Notes: generated by a model not told the origin, from the letters alone. DNA of 63,962 nt, filler included, from Sanchytrium tribonematis (GCA_018985235.1; 6 parts of 6 records of this genome joined end to end with filler, not necessarily neighbours in it); one strand, 5' to 3'; counted from the whole stretch's first letter, positions 31,255 to 42,670 are shown. Made by a program: numbers and translations.

Positions 31255-32100
31255 TTAAGCCAATAATGAATACACATATCTCTCATCCACAGCATCATTC
31301 ACACGATATACAATTTGATACAATATCACCATATTAATGATCATTTCCAATAAAATCCAATGATTTTGAGATGTCTGATGTATTTCCAATGTCATTGCTT
31401 CCAAATCATTACAATCAGATAATAAATATTCTCCTATATTCACCATATCACAATCTCCTAATTCTATCAATGATTTCAAGGTATCTGTGAGTATTTGACC
31501 CGTTATTGGATTGATATGCTGGATTGTATGTGAATGAGCCAATAATTGACAGATTGGCAATGGATATCGACTACAAAAGTGTGATTGTGATATTGTGGTT
31601 GTAGGAGGTGATTTGCCACTACATTGATATTCCCATTGACATTGTTGCTTTAAAATAGAATTTAATAAATTATATTCTTGATGTAATTGATAAGAATGGG
31701 TGGCATCTATGGCTATTTTAAATAAAATGGATATAAATGAGAGACAGAGTATGAAAATAGATAATAATTTGAAATGGAGATATCTTTTATGGATGAGATG
31801 CAATCGATTATTGAATTGAGGATGGATGGGTAATGACGATGGATTCAAGAGATATTGGAGAGATTGTAGGATGCATTTGTGGATAAATTGATTGTGTTTT
31901 AAATTAGAATGTTTAAATTGTTGTAATAAATTGTTGATATTGTGGATATTGTGTTTATCTACTTGGGATGCTGATGATTTTATTGCATTGCAGGCATTGT
32001 AGACACCATTGAGACATGCGCGGATATTTGGATAATGATGGATAACTGTGGCTAATGATTCATGGATGATTGCAACAAATGACAATGAAAATAAAAGCAT
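31255..32100 (-). CDS. Orphan protein: signal peptide, two TM segments, Cys-rich loop
   Basis: MLLFSLSFVA; TGQILTDTLKSLIELGDCDMVNIG. Confidence 0.65.
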   Translation of the reverse strand: MLLFSLSFVAIIHESLATVIHHYPNIRACLNGVYNACNAIKSSASQVDKHNIHNINNLLQQFKHSNLKHNQFIHKCILQSLQYLLNPSSLPIHPQFNNRLHLIHKRYLHFKLLSIFILCLSFISILFKIAIDATHSYQLHQEYNLLNSILKQQCQWEYQCSGKSPPTTTISQSHFCSRYPLPICQLLAHSHTIQHINPITGQILTDTLKSLIELGDCDMVNIGEYLLSDCNDLEAMTLEIHQTSQNHWILLEMIINMVILYQIVYRVNDAVDERYVYSLLA

Positions 32101-32171
32101 CAAGGAGTGTATGAGACTCTTTATCGTGTTATATCATTGGTGGAAATCAATAAACTCCTTTCAAAACAAAT

Positions 32172-32585
32172 ATGATTTGGATTCTTATGGGTTTTGCACA
32201 TGTTTTGGGGGATGATGGACTGGCACCCATACACCATGCTATTCTGAATAAAGATGTGATACAAGTGGAACTTTTATTGGCAAATAATGATAATTTGAAT
32301 TTAAAAACTGCTGATATTGTGAAAACCACTGGCAGAAAACGGAAATCAAAGCATCATTATAATGCTGCCACGCCATTACATATTGCTATGGGTGAAAATT
32401 ATGTACCATCCATTTATTTGTTATTGCAAAAAGGTGCTGCAATTGTGAAAGATGGGAATGGAAATGAACCTGCTTCTGATGTGCCATTGTTTTCAGAATT
32501 GTTGAAAGATATAAAGGAATCAAAAAACTTGAAAGCATCATTAGATAATACTGGTGTTAACTTGCTGGGGGGGTATTCCGCTTAA
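32172..32585 (+). CDS. Small ankyrin-repeat protein with short signal peptide and NLS-like insert
   Basis: GLAPIHHAI...VELLL and ATPLHIA...IYLLLQKGA; GRKRKSK between repeats. Confidence 0.7.
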   Translation: MIWILMGFAHVLGDDGLAPIHHAILNKDVIQVELLLANNDNLNLKTADIVKTTGRKRKSKHHYNAATPLHIAMGENYVPSIYLLLQKGAAIVKDGNGNEPASDVPLFSELLKDIKESKNLKASLDNTGVNLLGGYSA

Positions 32586-32644
32586 GTCTACTCTACGCTT
32601 GCCAAATCCCAATTATTTACTAATTACTGCTGCAATTGTAGCCT

Positions 32645-32744
32645 NNNNNNNNNNNNNNNNNNNNNNNNNNNNNNNNNNNNNNNNNNNNTTAATTAATTAA
32701 NNNNNNNNNNNNNNNNNNNNNNNNNNNNNNNNNNNNNNNNNNNN
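32645..32744. other. Artificial contig linker
   Basis: N run with TTAATTAATTAA. Confidence 0.98.
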
Positions 32745-33975
32745 CTCCGAATTGTTTTACCTCTTTCATTATTGGCTTTACAATACCACTAACGTCCCTA
32801 ATGGTAGATCTCCTTAGAGAATTTCGAATTTCTTGAATCGACGCAGTTGAAAAATCTACATATTGAAGCTGATAAGGATCTGTTCCGATTCTTGGAAGTT
32901 GAAGCTCAGAACCTTCCTTTGCAAGCCCTGGTCTCCTGGTAACTTTTTTAGCTTTGATATTTAAGTTTGTTTCTATATCTTTAATTGAAACTCCTTTACT
33001 GACGCACTTGGCAAATACAAAGTAGATCAAATCTGCAGCTTCCCAAGAAATTTCCTCCTTCGTTCTTGCATCTACTAATTCTTGGGCTTCTTCCTTAATC
33101 TTACTAGAAAGCAATTTGTCGTCATTGAATAATTTGGCAGAATAAGAACCTTCAATTGGATTCACAGATCTATCTGCTAAAACTTTTTCTAATTTAGTTA
33201 GTCCAAAATCGTGCCCAAAACAGCTCTCAGTTTTTAAATGACAAAAGCCATCACCACTCTGCTCCACTTTAAATAATAAGCAGTCAGAATCACAGTCTAG
33301 TCCAATTTTGACAAGCTTCTGCACGTCTCCACTAGATTCACCCTTATACCACAGCCCGCGTTTTCTAGAATGATATACACCTCGTTTCAATCTAATACTT
33401 TCGTGAATACTAATATTTGAATGATAAACAAGTCCAAGAGCTTTTCCATAAGGATCACTTACGATTGTACTTACCAGTCCATCTTCTCTGTCTGAAAGGC
33501 AACAAGCCATTATGTAGTCCCCTATATTTAAATTTTCAGATTTGTAGGGTCCAAACCATAAATCACTGAATTCCACAATGACGTCGATATTCAAACTGTG
33601 CAACATCTTTATGTGAGAGATGGAGGGTGTTTTATGAGGTTCTAATATCACCTTGCCTTTGTAAGTAATATTTTTAATTTTGACTAAAAAATCATCCAAG
33701 GACTCTTTTAATGATACATATTGGTATGGTGATTTCGAAGTTTCTAGTATTCTATCCGCCTGAGGTATAGTGCGTTCTGGATAGTCAATTTGGGATGAGC
33801 CGTGGATCAAAAAGTCGATCCCTTTGTCTAACAAAGAATAGTTTTCACTAAAAGTAATAAGAATTGAATCTGAGTAGGATGCTGCAATTTTTGGAATGTC
33901 TGCTTCTTCAACGCAAATTATTGGAAAGCCATAAAACAGAGCATCCAGAGTTGTATTGTATTTGGGAATTATCAT
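32745..33975 (-). CDS. HIS4: Trifunctional histidine biosynthesis protein His4 (HisI-HisE-start of HisD), truncated
   Basis: SDREDGLV, GVYHSRKRGLWYKGESSG, DCDSDCL, GFCHL, KIKEEAQEL, WEAADLIYF, KVTRRPG, IVKPIMKEVKQFG. Confidence 0.92.
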
Positions 33976-34026
33976 CACGTTTACTCCTTAAATTAAAATT
34001 CTTGATTGCTTTTTTATTACAAAGAT

Positions 34027-37000
34027 TTAAAACGAATGTCTTCTTCTCTTTTTTGGAGATTTTTGGGTCTTATTTCCTTTCGTCAAGGCATCCAAAGTCC
34101 CATCAATCCCCCATTCAGCAATAATTCTTTTTCCATATTCATATCCATACTCATAAATTTCCTCGAACTTATGGAAATCTAAGGTCGCATATTTCTGCAC
34201 ATCTGGCTTTAAATATATACAGTTGGGCATCTTTTTGACCATTTCTAATTGTTTTACACTACTAACATAGGCTAATCGACTTTGAATTTCAGCCAGATTA
34301 GGAATCTTCTGTCTAGAAAATGGATTCCAACGATTTAATACTACTTCGAAGCCACTTAGGGAATCACCGTAGTGGACTGCGCTCGTATCGTCTTCGGCGC
34401 CGACATCTACAGCAATTATGGTATTAATTCCCATATCTCGCATTATATCTGCTGGCAAATTATTCACCTGAATTAATATGAAATACATAACCACCATCTA
34501 ACAACAAATTTCCATTGTCTGATATAGGCGGGACAAACCCTGACAAACTCATGGAGGCCCTTACATAGCGCCAAGCATAACCTCTTTGATGAATTTCCAA
34601 TTTCGAGTGTGTAATATTTGTTGTCACGCAAAAGAAATTTATCCAGAAATCCTCCATTTGGACATTTCCATATTCTTTCCACAATCCCCTGTTGAATTCA
34701 TGCCCAGTAAAATAACTTGTGATTGGGTAGGTCAAGTCAAATAGTTTTCTCCAAATACTTGACATCCTACCGCTAAAACTTTTAGCTTTCCCATAAGCAG
34801 GGAGAAAAACTCCGTTTCTAGAATACAGACCTCCAATAAATGCTCCTATAGAGGTACCACCTATGCAATCAATTGGAACATTGGCTTCCTCTAACGCCTG
34901 TAGCACGCCTAAATGGGATATTCCGCGAGCACCACCCCCTCCTAATACAACTCCAATAGATTTCCCGCTTAGCCTCCTAGCTAGTCGACGAAAATCTTGC
35001 TGATCATGCGTTTGATGAAAAGATGAAGGGGAACCGCCAGATTTCAATTCATTTAGGATGTATCTTGTATAAACTCTTTGTAATTGATCTTTGATTGCAT
35101 GGAAAGGATTGTCGCTTTGATCTTCCTTTTTCGTATGGTCTGTGAAAGAAGCCATTTCTAGATGATGATGCGCATGAATCCATGGGCGATGTTTAAGCCA
35201 GAAACTAGTTGTCATTGAATCCACAAATTTTGTATTATGAATCAGGACTAGCTCTTTTCTAGCTGTTGTTTTGATACTCAGAAAATATCTTTCAAAGTCT
35301 GTAAGGCTTGAATGGTCATTTGCCGCAGCCACTAGCAGACAGCAATCTGCCTGTGTTATACATCTGTAGTTCCATTGGGAATGCATGGTACCATCCCCAA
35401 TGAACAAAACAATATCGTAGTCTTCTTCTAAACTGCTGAGCCAATTCGAAAGTTTTAAAGCACCGTATTTTGTAAATGCATGTTTCCCCAACAGAGAGAG
35501 AACTTTTGCTTTCGTTAGCATAACCGATTTTAGATCTAAAAAGTCAAACGATTCTTTGAGTCTTGTGGCAAACACGTCTAAGGGAACGCTATTATTAATT
35601 GGAAGAACTGCGACAGTTTTCAGATTTTGATTTTTAAATGAGATATAATCTTTGGAGCCTATTCTAGGAAATTTCGTTCTATACATATCACTTAAACGAC
35701 TGGCAATGAGTCTCGACATTTTTAGCGACATTTGAGGATTGATAGTAGATATGCTCTTAAATAGGCTCTTCGGCAACTTGGCCAAATCGGAATCTCTTAT
35801 GGCGTGCATACAATATCTTCTTTTTGAGTTTGTAAGAACATCAATTTCGCCGACTCTGTCTCTAGCCCCGTACTCGCTGATTATTTCAACTTGATCCTGT
35901 CTTTTCTTATATGTTCTGACTCTACCATTTAAAACGACATATATTGCATCTGCCTCGTCTCCCTCTTTGTAAATTATATGTCCTGCCTCTACCTGGACCC
36001 ACTCCAAAGCAAAATCAATCTGAAAAATTACAGATGGGAGACATTTAAGAATTCTTTTTGATATAGACAAAACTGAGCTAGGGAAACGATCAATCATCCT
36101 TTCAATATCATCCTTTTTTACAAATCCCAGATAGACATCTGTTTCTGCATATATAGTAGCCAAAGATTTAAATCCCGTAAAATTTTCAAGATAGCCAACA
36201 ATGGAACCATCTCGGTAAGTAATGCTTCTGCAATTATCATCGTCGTCATCTTCTGTGTCAGTAGAGTATGTTGCGCTCAGAATCCCATCTAGTACAAAAT
36301 AAAGCCCCATCATTGTTTGTCCACTTTCTACAATAATTTCGTCTCTTTCGAATCGTAGTATCTCCATTAGGTTACCGTCGCTTTCGAAATTTGCAACAGA
36401 ACTTCCACCAGAAGTTGGAGTTTCGATTCGCTTATTATCCAGAAAATTTGGCTCGTCTTTCCTGATACCTAGCCTAGAGTTGAGCTCTTCCATAAGATCG
36501 TCTTTCATAATTTGTAACCTCGACTTGAAATCATCTTTGCCGAAATTTAAAGCGTCCGCTAGATCATCCCTACTAGTTCTTGAGGTCTCAGATAAAAATG
36601 TTACTCCCATATAAGGAGTTATTGGTGTATTGGGCTCACTATAAAAGTAATTTTCGACATTGACGTGCTTGTCTTTTACACTTCGTAATAATTCCAATTT
36701 TCCATCATCAAAAATATGACCAGGGAGTCTTTGAGATATGCACTTATTCAGTGATATTCCAATATTATGAAGTTCATCTTCATATCCAAAATATTTCACC
36801 AGGGTCAAATTAGTCACTCTTTGGAATCTGGTCAAAATAACCAAAGAAATCTGGGCCGCTGCCTTGGGAAATTTTTCACTTAAATTTGAGAAGGCATCGC
36901 TGGGGATTACAATTAATGTTGTGTCCTCACTGGCCTGAGCTGTCAACGAATCCAATCCTTGATGAAGGTTAGATTTTTCTTTTTCACCACTTTGAACCAG

Positions 37001-37495
37001 CAGCGATAAAAGAGTGAAGAAAGAAGACACCGTAGACCCACTAGTTACCTTATGCAAAAGTAATTGACCAGGCTTATCACCGCGTACACTTTGAGGGCAA
37101 TTTATGTATACATTGATCGAACCGCTGACAACCATGTAGAAATTGTGTGTGTTGTAGCTGCTAGTTTCGTGGAATAAATAGTCACCTTTAACCAACCGAA
37201 TTGTCGATAATCTTTTGGATAATTCATTAAAAATAGGTTGCTCCAAGTATCCAAATAGCTTAATACTACTTAAAAATGTACCTAAAAGTTCATCCGGATA
37301 TACAAGAGACTTGTCTGGCTCTTCTTGCAGTAATCCTTCAATTTGAAAATTTGCTTTTTCCGGTATCATTTGAGGTTGTCTTTCATATTGGTTTAACCAC
37401 GTATACCGAATAAAATAATACACAAGAATAGTGGATAAGAATATAAATGCTAATATAGAAGTCAAACTTAAATTTAGCGTAATTGTAAAAAACAT
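34027..37495 (-). CDS. NTE1: Lysophospholipase Nte1/PNPLA6 (intron 34468-34486; start uncertain)
   Basis: cNMP-binding domains, GGGGARG, GTSIG, spliced DGGY|VNNLPAD. Confidence 0.93.
34468..34486 (-). other. 19-nt intron GTATTTCATATTAATTCAG
   Basis: Removal restores the patatin motif DGGYVNNLP. Confidence 0.92.
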
Positions 37496-37587
37496 AAACT
37501 CTTGTTTCAATATCAAAATTGTCAATGCCAAAAAAGTTTGGCATTAAAGTGTCTTAAGTAACAGTTCGAAGGATTTTTAATAGGTCA

Positions 37588-38021
37588 ATGAATTTGGGCT
37601 TGTCCGTCAGAAACTTTATTGAGGACGTTGCAAATATTGAACATACCACTATATCAATTGAATCTACAGAATTGGACAACAAATTGAAGTGTGAGTTGTT
37701 AAAAAAAACTTAGTCGAATTAAAATTTACATTTCTCAAGCTAACAACATTTTGTCAAGAATTGGAAGCCAAAAACGAAAAATTAGAAACTCAAATAATTG
37801 ATTTAAAAAAGAATAACACTGATGAACGATTTCAATTATTAGAAGCAAAAATAGGCGCTCTAGGAGAAGGCCTTCAGGAATCTTTAGCAAAATGCGTATC
37901 ATTCCACCAACAAATAAGCTTTGATACGAAATTGGATAAGGAATTGAAAGACAGTGACACGGAACATAATAAAGATCGAATAGTGGCTCTAGAAATCCAA
38001 AATTGTTGGTCAATATTTTGA
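37588..38021 (+). CDS. Hypothetical coiled-coil protein (probable 23-nt intron 37691-37713)
   Basis: ATG 37588; removing GTGAGTTGTTAAAAAAAACTTAG joins it in frame to the 37761 ORF. Confidence 0.5.
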
Positions 38022-38075
38022 AGTACAGCTTAAAATAAACCTTAATAAAATTCATTATGCAATTTCGAAGGAGAG

Positions 38076-38447
38076 ATGACACTGGAAGAGATCGAAAATC
38101 GCTTTTGTGTCGAATTGGAATTTCTTTGTTGCCTTTCTAATCCTAGATACCTATTGTATTTGAGCCAAGCCAATTACTTATCTGATCCTAGCTTTATTAG
38201 ATTCCTCCAATACCTTGAATATTTTGAACAATTTCCCTATAGAAAATATGTCATATATCCACACGCATTTTTCTTTAGAAAGGCTTTACTGAGCGCAGAG
38301 TTTAGAGAGCTAATTAATTCAGATTTCTGTAACAACTACATCAATGCGAAACAATATTTTTACTATATGCATCAGAGCTACAGAAGAATTAAGCATATTC
38401 AGGACGAGTTAGAAAAAAAGGAAGAAATAAGTCCAAAGATTACATAA
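38076..38447 (+). CDS. MED31: Mediator subunit Med31/Soh1
   Basis: RFCVELEFLCCLSNPRYLLYL, FLQYLEYF, YPH. Confidence 0.9.
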   Translation: MTLEEIENRFCVELEFLCCLSNPRYLLYLSQANYLSDPSFIRFLQYLEYFEQFPYRKYVIYPHAFFFRKALLSAEFRELINSDFCNNYINAKQYFYYMHQSYRRIKHIQDELEKKEEISPKIT

Positions 38448-38478
38448 ATAAAAAATTACCTTGCTGTATCTCCTTCAA

Positions 38479-38772
38479 ATGTTTATTTTCAAAATGTTCA
38501 AATCGATTTTAAAAACTAATGCAGGGATAAACGCAACCCAAAAGTTGGCAGTAGGCAGAAGAATGCTGCTTCCAAATCCGAATATGAATAAAGCTATGTT
38601 GAAAGCTCGGTATAAGCGTCTAAGAAGAGGAAAAACAGATGGCCCTGGAAAAAATCTGAAATCGTCAAAGCGCCCGTGTCAGCTTATTGCCAATCGAGTA
38701 AACCGTAGAGTCATCGGTCGTGCTATGCCCGGAATGAGATTATATATCCCATATTTGCCTGATTTACATTAA
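38479..38772 (+). CDS. Small very basic protein, possibly mitoribosomal
   Basis: K/R-rich with a presequence-like N-terminus; family not secure. Confidence 0.5.
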   Translation: MFIFKMFKSILKTNAGINATQKLAVGRRMLLPNPNMNKAMLKARYKRLRRGKTDGPGKNLKSSKRPCQLIANRVNRRVIGRAMPGMRLYIPYLPDLH

Positions 38773-38790
38773 TAAATTCTCTCCTTGAAA

Positions 38791-39054
38791 ATGTCTGTTG
38801 TCACCAAACCACTTGATTTTATTAAATTGCTGCTAGATTGCAGCATATATATTAAACTCAAAGGAAATAGAGAGATTACCGGTAAGCTAGAAGGATTTGA
38901 CAACCATTGCAATATCATAGTATCAAATGCAATTGAAAAAATTACAATACAAGATGAGTTAAAACAAATCAAAGTTGATAAAGTACAATCTCCCATGCTG
39001 TTTGTTAGGGGCGATGGAATAGTGCTGGTGGGTTCTGATCAAAATAAAAATTAA
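38791..39054 (+). CDS. LSM3: U6 snRNP Sm-like protein Lsm3
   Basis: PLDFIKLLLD..IYIKLKGNRE, MLFVRGDGIVLV. Confidence 0.9.
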   Translation: MSVVTKPLDFIKLLLDCSIYIKLKGNREITGKLEGFDNHCNIIVSNAIEKITIQDELKQIKVDKVQSPMLFVRGDGIVLVGSDQNKN

Positions 39055-39092
39055 ACTACATTCTCTAACAATGATTTCTTTGTTCTCAAAAT

Positions 39093-39770
39093 ATGGCTAC
39101 CACATTTGTAGGCTACATTAAGACATTAGAAGACGCTATGCTATTGATCAATGAAGTAGAGATTGGAAATTTGGAACTTATTAAGAAAAGACTGAATGCA
39201 CATGAAAGGCAAAAAATTAAATCTGGAAGTTGCTTTGTGTGGTGCACTCAAAAAAGTGAAATCACAAGATGGACTGATGGAATTTGTTGGTCTCAAAGTA
39301 GGATTCATGGTCACTTTCTCGTGTATAAACAAGTTTCAAAGAAAGAAAAAATTGTAGGCGGCTTGCTAAAAAAGACCATTAGTATCAACACCCTTCAAAA
39401 AAACAAATACCACTTGATTTGCTATTATCTGAAAAGTGATGTAGAAAGTCTTAAGCGTCCAATCGAATGCTTTAACTGCTCCAACGGTACAAATGTGGAA
39501 AAGCAACCAAATAAAAAAATCCCCGCAGAATCAGCTAGAAAACAGTCAGTTATAAATAGTTTGTGTCGCGAAAATGGACTTGATAATTCAAACTTGGATA
39601 AGAACCAAGCTAAAGGGCTTTTATATCCTATCAGGAGTTCCATTGATATTGGCAAATGGATTTCGGCGTACGGACAGTGCCATAATGCAGTGACAGATCA
39701 TCAAATCGCAAAATTAAATAAACATATGCAACTGTATTCAAATCCTGATCCTTGTAACAAAATTTGTTGA
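39093..39770 (+). CDS. Gti1/Pac2 (WOPR) transcription factor
   Basis: TFVGYI..LEDA, IKSGSCFVW, RWTDGICWSQSR, GLLKKTIS, HLICYY. Confidence 0.9.
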   Translation: MATTFVGYIKTLEDAMLLINEVEIGNLELIKKRLNAHERQKIKSGSCFVWCTQKSEITRWTDGICWSQSRIHGHFLVYKQVSKKEKIVGGLLKKTISINTLQKNKYHLICYYLKSDVESLKRPIECFNCSNGTNVEKQPNKKIPAESARKQSVINSLCRENGLDNSNLDKNQAKGLLYPIRSSIDIGKWISAYGQCHNAVTDHQIAKLNKHMQLYSNPDPCNKIC

Positions 39771-39788
39771 GTTATTTTGATTAGATAT

Positions 39789-40712
39789 ATGTTTAAGAAT
39801 TATGGAAATACGTGTTGGATCAACAGTATTTTATACTGCTTTTATTATTCAACTGCATTGAATTCAATGTTAGCTATCAAAGTCAAAGAAACAAATAATT
39901 CCAAAAAGCAAATTACATTTATAGGACTTTTAAATGATACCATTCAAGACGGCAAATTACTTCCGGAATTAATCAAATTCTTGTCTAAAAATTTTCCATC
40001 CTATAAATATGGTCATCAATTTGACGCCCATGAATTTTTACTTTATATTTTGGATCATATAAGAAGTGATTGGTACACCATTGGAACAGATATTCAAAAC
40101 ATTTGCTCATGTTGTCAGATTATATATACGGAAAAACTTTTAAATAATTGCACTTTAATTTACAATTCAGAAGGCAGCTTCGGAGATTCGCTTATCAAGT
40201 TACAAAAAGACACATCAGATTTATACTGCGGTGAATGTGGTTGCAACACTTTACATTTACAAAACCTGTCTATTGCACCACCTTTGTTGTGGTGCTTTCA
40301 ATTTCCCCACACAGAAAAGCGAGCCAGAAATATTCTGCTGCCAACTGAATTTGAATATCAAAACAATAGAGAACGCTACACATATTGCTTAGTTTGTGCG
40401 GTCGTTCATATTCAGATTCAAAAAGAATTTGGGCACTACATCACGTTTATTCACAATGACAAGCGGGTGTATAAATCAAAATTGGGCAAATCAAAATCTT
40501 TAGAATCTCTTAAAAGCAAATCTGGAGAGTCCTTAGAACAGATTCCACCTGCAGATATTTCTTGTACATATTCGAACAAGGCTAAATTTATAAAATGTGA
40601 CGATGATGAAATTACTGATATTACAGGAACAGAAATGTATCAATTTTTGAATCGTTCAAATCATTTTCTTTACATGATCTGGTATCAACGAATCAATAAA
40701 TCATCCATTTGA
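39789..40712 (+). CDS. Minimal ubiquitin-specific protease (peptidase C19)
   Basis: NYGNTCWINS, QFDAHEFL, GHY, CDD. Confidence 0.85.
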   Translation: MFKNYGNTCWINSILYCFYYSTALNSMLAIKVKETNNSKKQITFIGLLNDTIQDGKLLPELIKFLSKNFPSYKYGHQFDAHEFLLYILDHIRSDWYTIGTDIQNICSCCQIIYTEKLLNNCTLIYNSEGSFGDSLIKLQKDTSDLYCGECGCNTLHLQNLSIAPPLLWCFQFPHTEKRARNILLPTEFEYQNNRERYTYCLVCAVVHIQIQKEFGHYITFIHNDKRVYKSKLGKSKSLESLKSKSGESLEQIPPADISCTYSNKAKFIKCDDDEITDITGTEMYQFLNRSNHFLYMIWYQRINKSSI

Positions 40713-40808
40713 CAACTTGAATTTCTGGAGAGTTTCAAAACAATTTTAATCGAATCACATGGCCGGATTTAATCTAACGATGCGGGGTCCCTGAAACTAC
40801 TGAATTAC

Positions 40809-41270
40809 ATGAAGATCGCTTCATTGTTAAATTCGGAAATACCATTACCGCTCAAGCCAAAAAGTAGGCAGCCGATTCAGTACCGAAGATCCTTTAGACC
40901 TATGAACCTAGTTCAGGATATGTTAGAAAGAATCTACCAAAGTGACCCTTGTCCAAGTACAGAGCTACTGCAAGGTCTCTTGAAGCAATACTCAATCATT
41001 CCATCGCTGGTTTATTTGAGATCATGGTTTAACAATAGGCATAACAAACACCGTCGACAAGTGAATGTGGTGAGATCAGAAAAAATTAGTGGTTTGAAAG
41101 AGCAATGTTCACCACAAATGAGATTACTTAACGATGATATCATAGATTTGAGAAACCCTATTAAGAATTTGGCCTATACTGATGTGCTAATTTCAAAGTT
41201 AAAAATGATGCAGACCTTGAGTGCCGAATATCTAGATGTAATCACTCGATTTGATGGTCCAAGAAATTAA
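40809..41270 (+). CDS. Divergent homeodomain protein
   Basis: LERIY..DPCP...LRSWFNNRHNK; N-terminal MKIASLLN. Confidence 0.7.
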   Translation: MKIASLLNSEIPLPLKPKSRQPIQYRRSFRPMNLVQDMLERIYQSDPCPSTELLQGLLKQYSIIPSLVYLRSWFNNRHNKHRRQVNVVRSEKISGLKEQCSPQMRLLNDDIIDLRNPIKNLAYTDVLISKLKMMQTLSAEYLDVITRFDGPRN

Positions 41271-41290
41271 TAAATTTTACATTTATTGAA

Positions 41291-42670
41291 TTAAAAGTTC
41301 ATGTGCTCAAGCATAGAATCAACTTGCTTCGATAAATCTGCAAGCTCAATGTTATTTCTCTCAAAATCATCCGTTCCTACTATGACATCGTAATCAAACT
41401 CGATTTCTGGAATTCCGATATCATCAGCATTGTCAAACTCGTTTAAGCTTTCCTCATCATGATCAGTTGCTTCAGTTATGGTCGGTTCCTCAGGTAAAAT
41501 ATCGCTTTGTGATTTTTTTGTGAAACCTTTGATCTTTAATTCCAATGACCGCGCCTCTTCCATATTTCTGGGGATCAAATTGCTTTCACCAAGGGCTATA
41601 TTTGCATATCGCCTCCGAAAGACTTCACGCATTGCGGCAAAATCTCTGAGGCTCATGAAACCAGAAAATGGTGAGAAAGTATTGGAATAAGGAATTTCGT
41701 CTAAAAGATTAGTGAGCTCTCGATCTTCAATATCGCAGATTTGAATATTCATATATGAATTTAGCCGAATTCCATCAAATATGTGACTTGGTTTATCTTT
41801 CACAAATTTTCGAAGTTTATATTTCCTTGTAGTGGCATCTAAAACTTGATATTTTACAGCTTCCTGCGCATGTAATCTGGGATCATATCCCAATTTGCAA
41901 TAGCAAAATCGAAATGGACCTTTGGGAACGAAATATGTAATCAGGGGCAATAATTTTCCTTTTATATACCTAAAATTAGAATCTGAATCTGATGCCTCAA
42001 TTCCTAACAAATTGGCCAAAGAAACAGAGGTTACAATGGGTCTACTTGAAAATATCTGTACCGACCTTTGAAGTAAATTTTGAAGGTCTTTAGAAAGCAA
42101 CGCGACATGACGCTCATATTCTTCAGAAGGTAACTCAGACGGAATAACCACATCTTCTAGCCCAAAATCTATTTGGGGAACTTTAGGCCAAAAAGATCTT
42201 TTGGACTTATCATATTTTTGACCTTTATACGCATAATCAGTAGGATAGAGCTTATTTGAAAATATTGGAGGAGGTAGAAACTCTGAGTGGAATTGATGAT
42301 TTGCAAAGTCAAATTTTCGAATCTCGTCAATATCGCACTCGTCCACGCCTTTTCTCAAACCTTCCATATTATTATCTCTAGGAACACTAACCTTGTAATC
42401 AATTAAGGATTCAAAATGTATTATTGTTGGTATATGTCCAATGATCTTTACATCGGACTTTTCGTCGACTTCAACTAGTAAATAATTGGACTTTTTAATC
42501 TGAGCTGGTACTTTTGAACAAAAAAAATCTTCTGAGAGACTTAAATAAGTTTCTTGGTTTTGTATAAATTTTTCTTTACCGCCCAACATTTCAATTGCTT
42601 TTTCAGGATTATTTACGAGGCCAGGAAATTGAACTGCTTTAAGTTTTTGATTTGTGGGAATTTCCTGCAT
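41291..42670 (-). CDS. TFC1: TFIIIC subunit Tfc1/Sfc1/GTF3C5
   Basis: VQFPGLVNNPEKAIEMLGG, PPPIFS, FSSRPI, GPFR...LGYDPR. Confidence 0.85.
   Translation of the reverse strand: MQEIPTNQKLKAVQFPGLVNNPEKAIEMLGGKEKFIQNQETYLSLSEDFFCSKVPAQIKKSNYLLVEVDEKSDVKIIGHIPTIIHFESLIDYKVSVPRDNNMEGLRKGVDECDIDEIRKFDFANHQFHSEFLPPPIFSNKLYPTDYAYKGQKYDKSKRSFWPKVPQIDFGLEDVVIPSELPSEEYERHVALLSKDLQNLLQRSVQIFSSRPIVTSVSLANLLGIEASDSDSNFRYIKGKLLPLITYFVPKGPFRFCYCKLGYDPRLHAQEAVKYQVLDATTRKYKLRKFVKDKPSHIFDGIRLNSYMNIQICDIEDRELTNLLDEIPYSNTFSPFSGFMSLRDFAAMREVFRRRYANIALGESNLIPRNMEEARSLELKIKGFTKKSQSDILPEEPTITEATDHDEESLNEFDNADDIGIPEIEFDYDVIVGTDDFERNNIELADLSKQVDSMLEHMNF

Noticed and set aside
33975..33989. AAGGAG 8 nt before HIS4 as a Shine-Dalgarno site or sign of bacterial origin
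   Set aside because: Gene is the fungal trifunctional form next to intron-bearing NTE1, and the motif is equally common in reverse orientation
38005..38023. 19-nt GTTGGT...GAAG intron that would extend the coiled-coil ORF
   Set aside because: Non-consensus donor, AAG acceptor, no -6 A and no homology to test it
39766..39784. 19-nt GT-AG segment that might fuse the WOPR and USP ORFs
   Set aside because: Splicing does not put them in the same frame and the -6 A is absent
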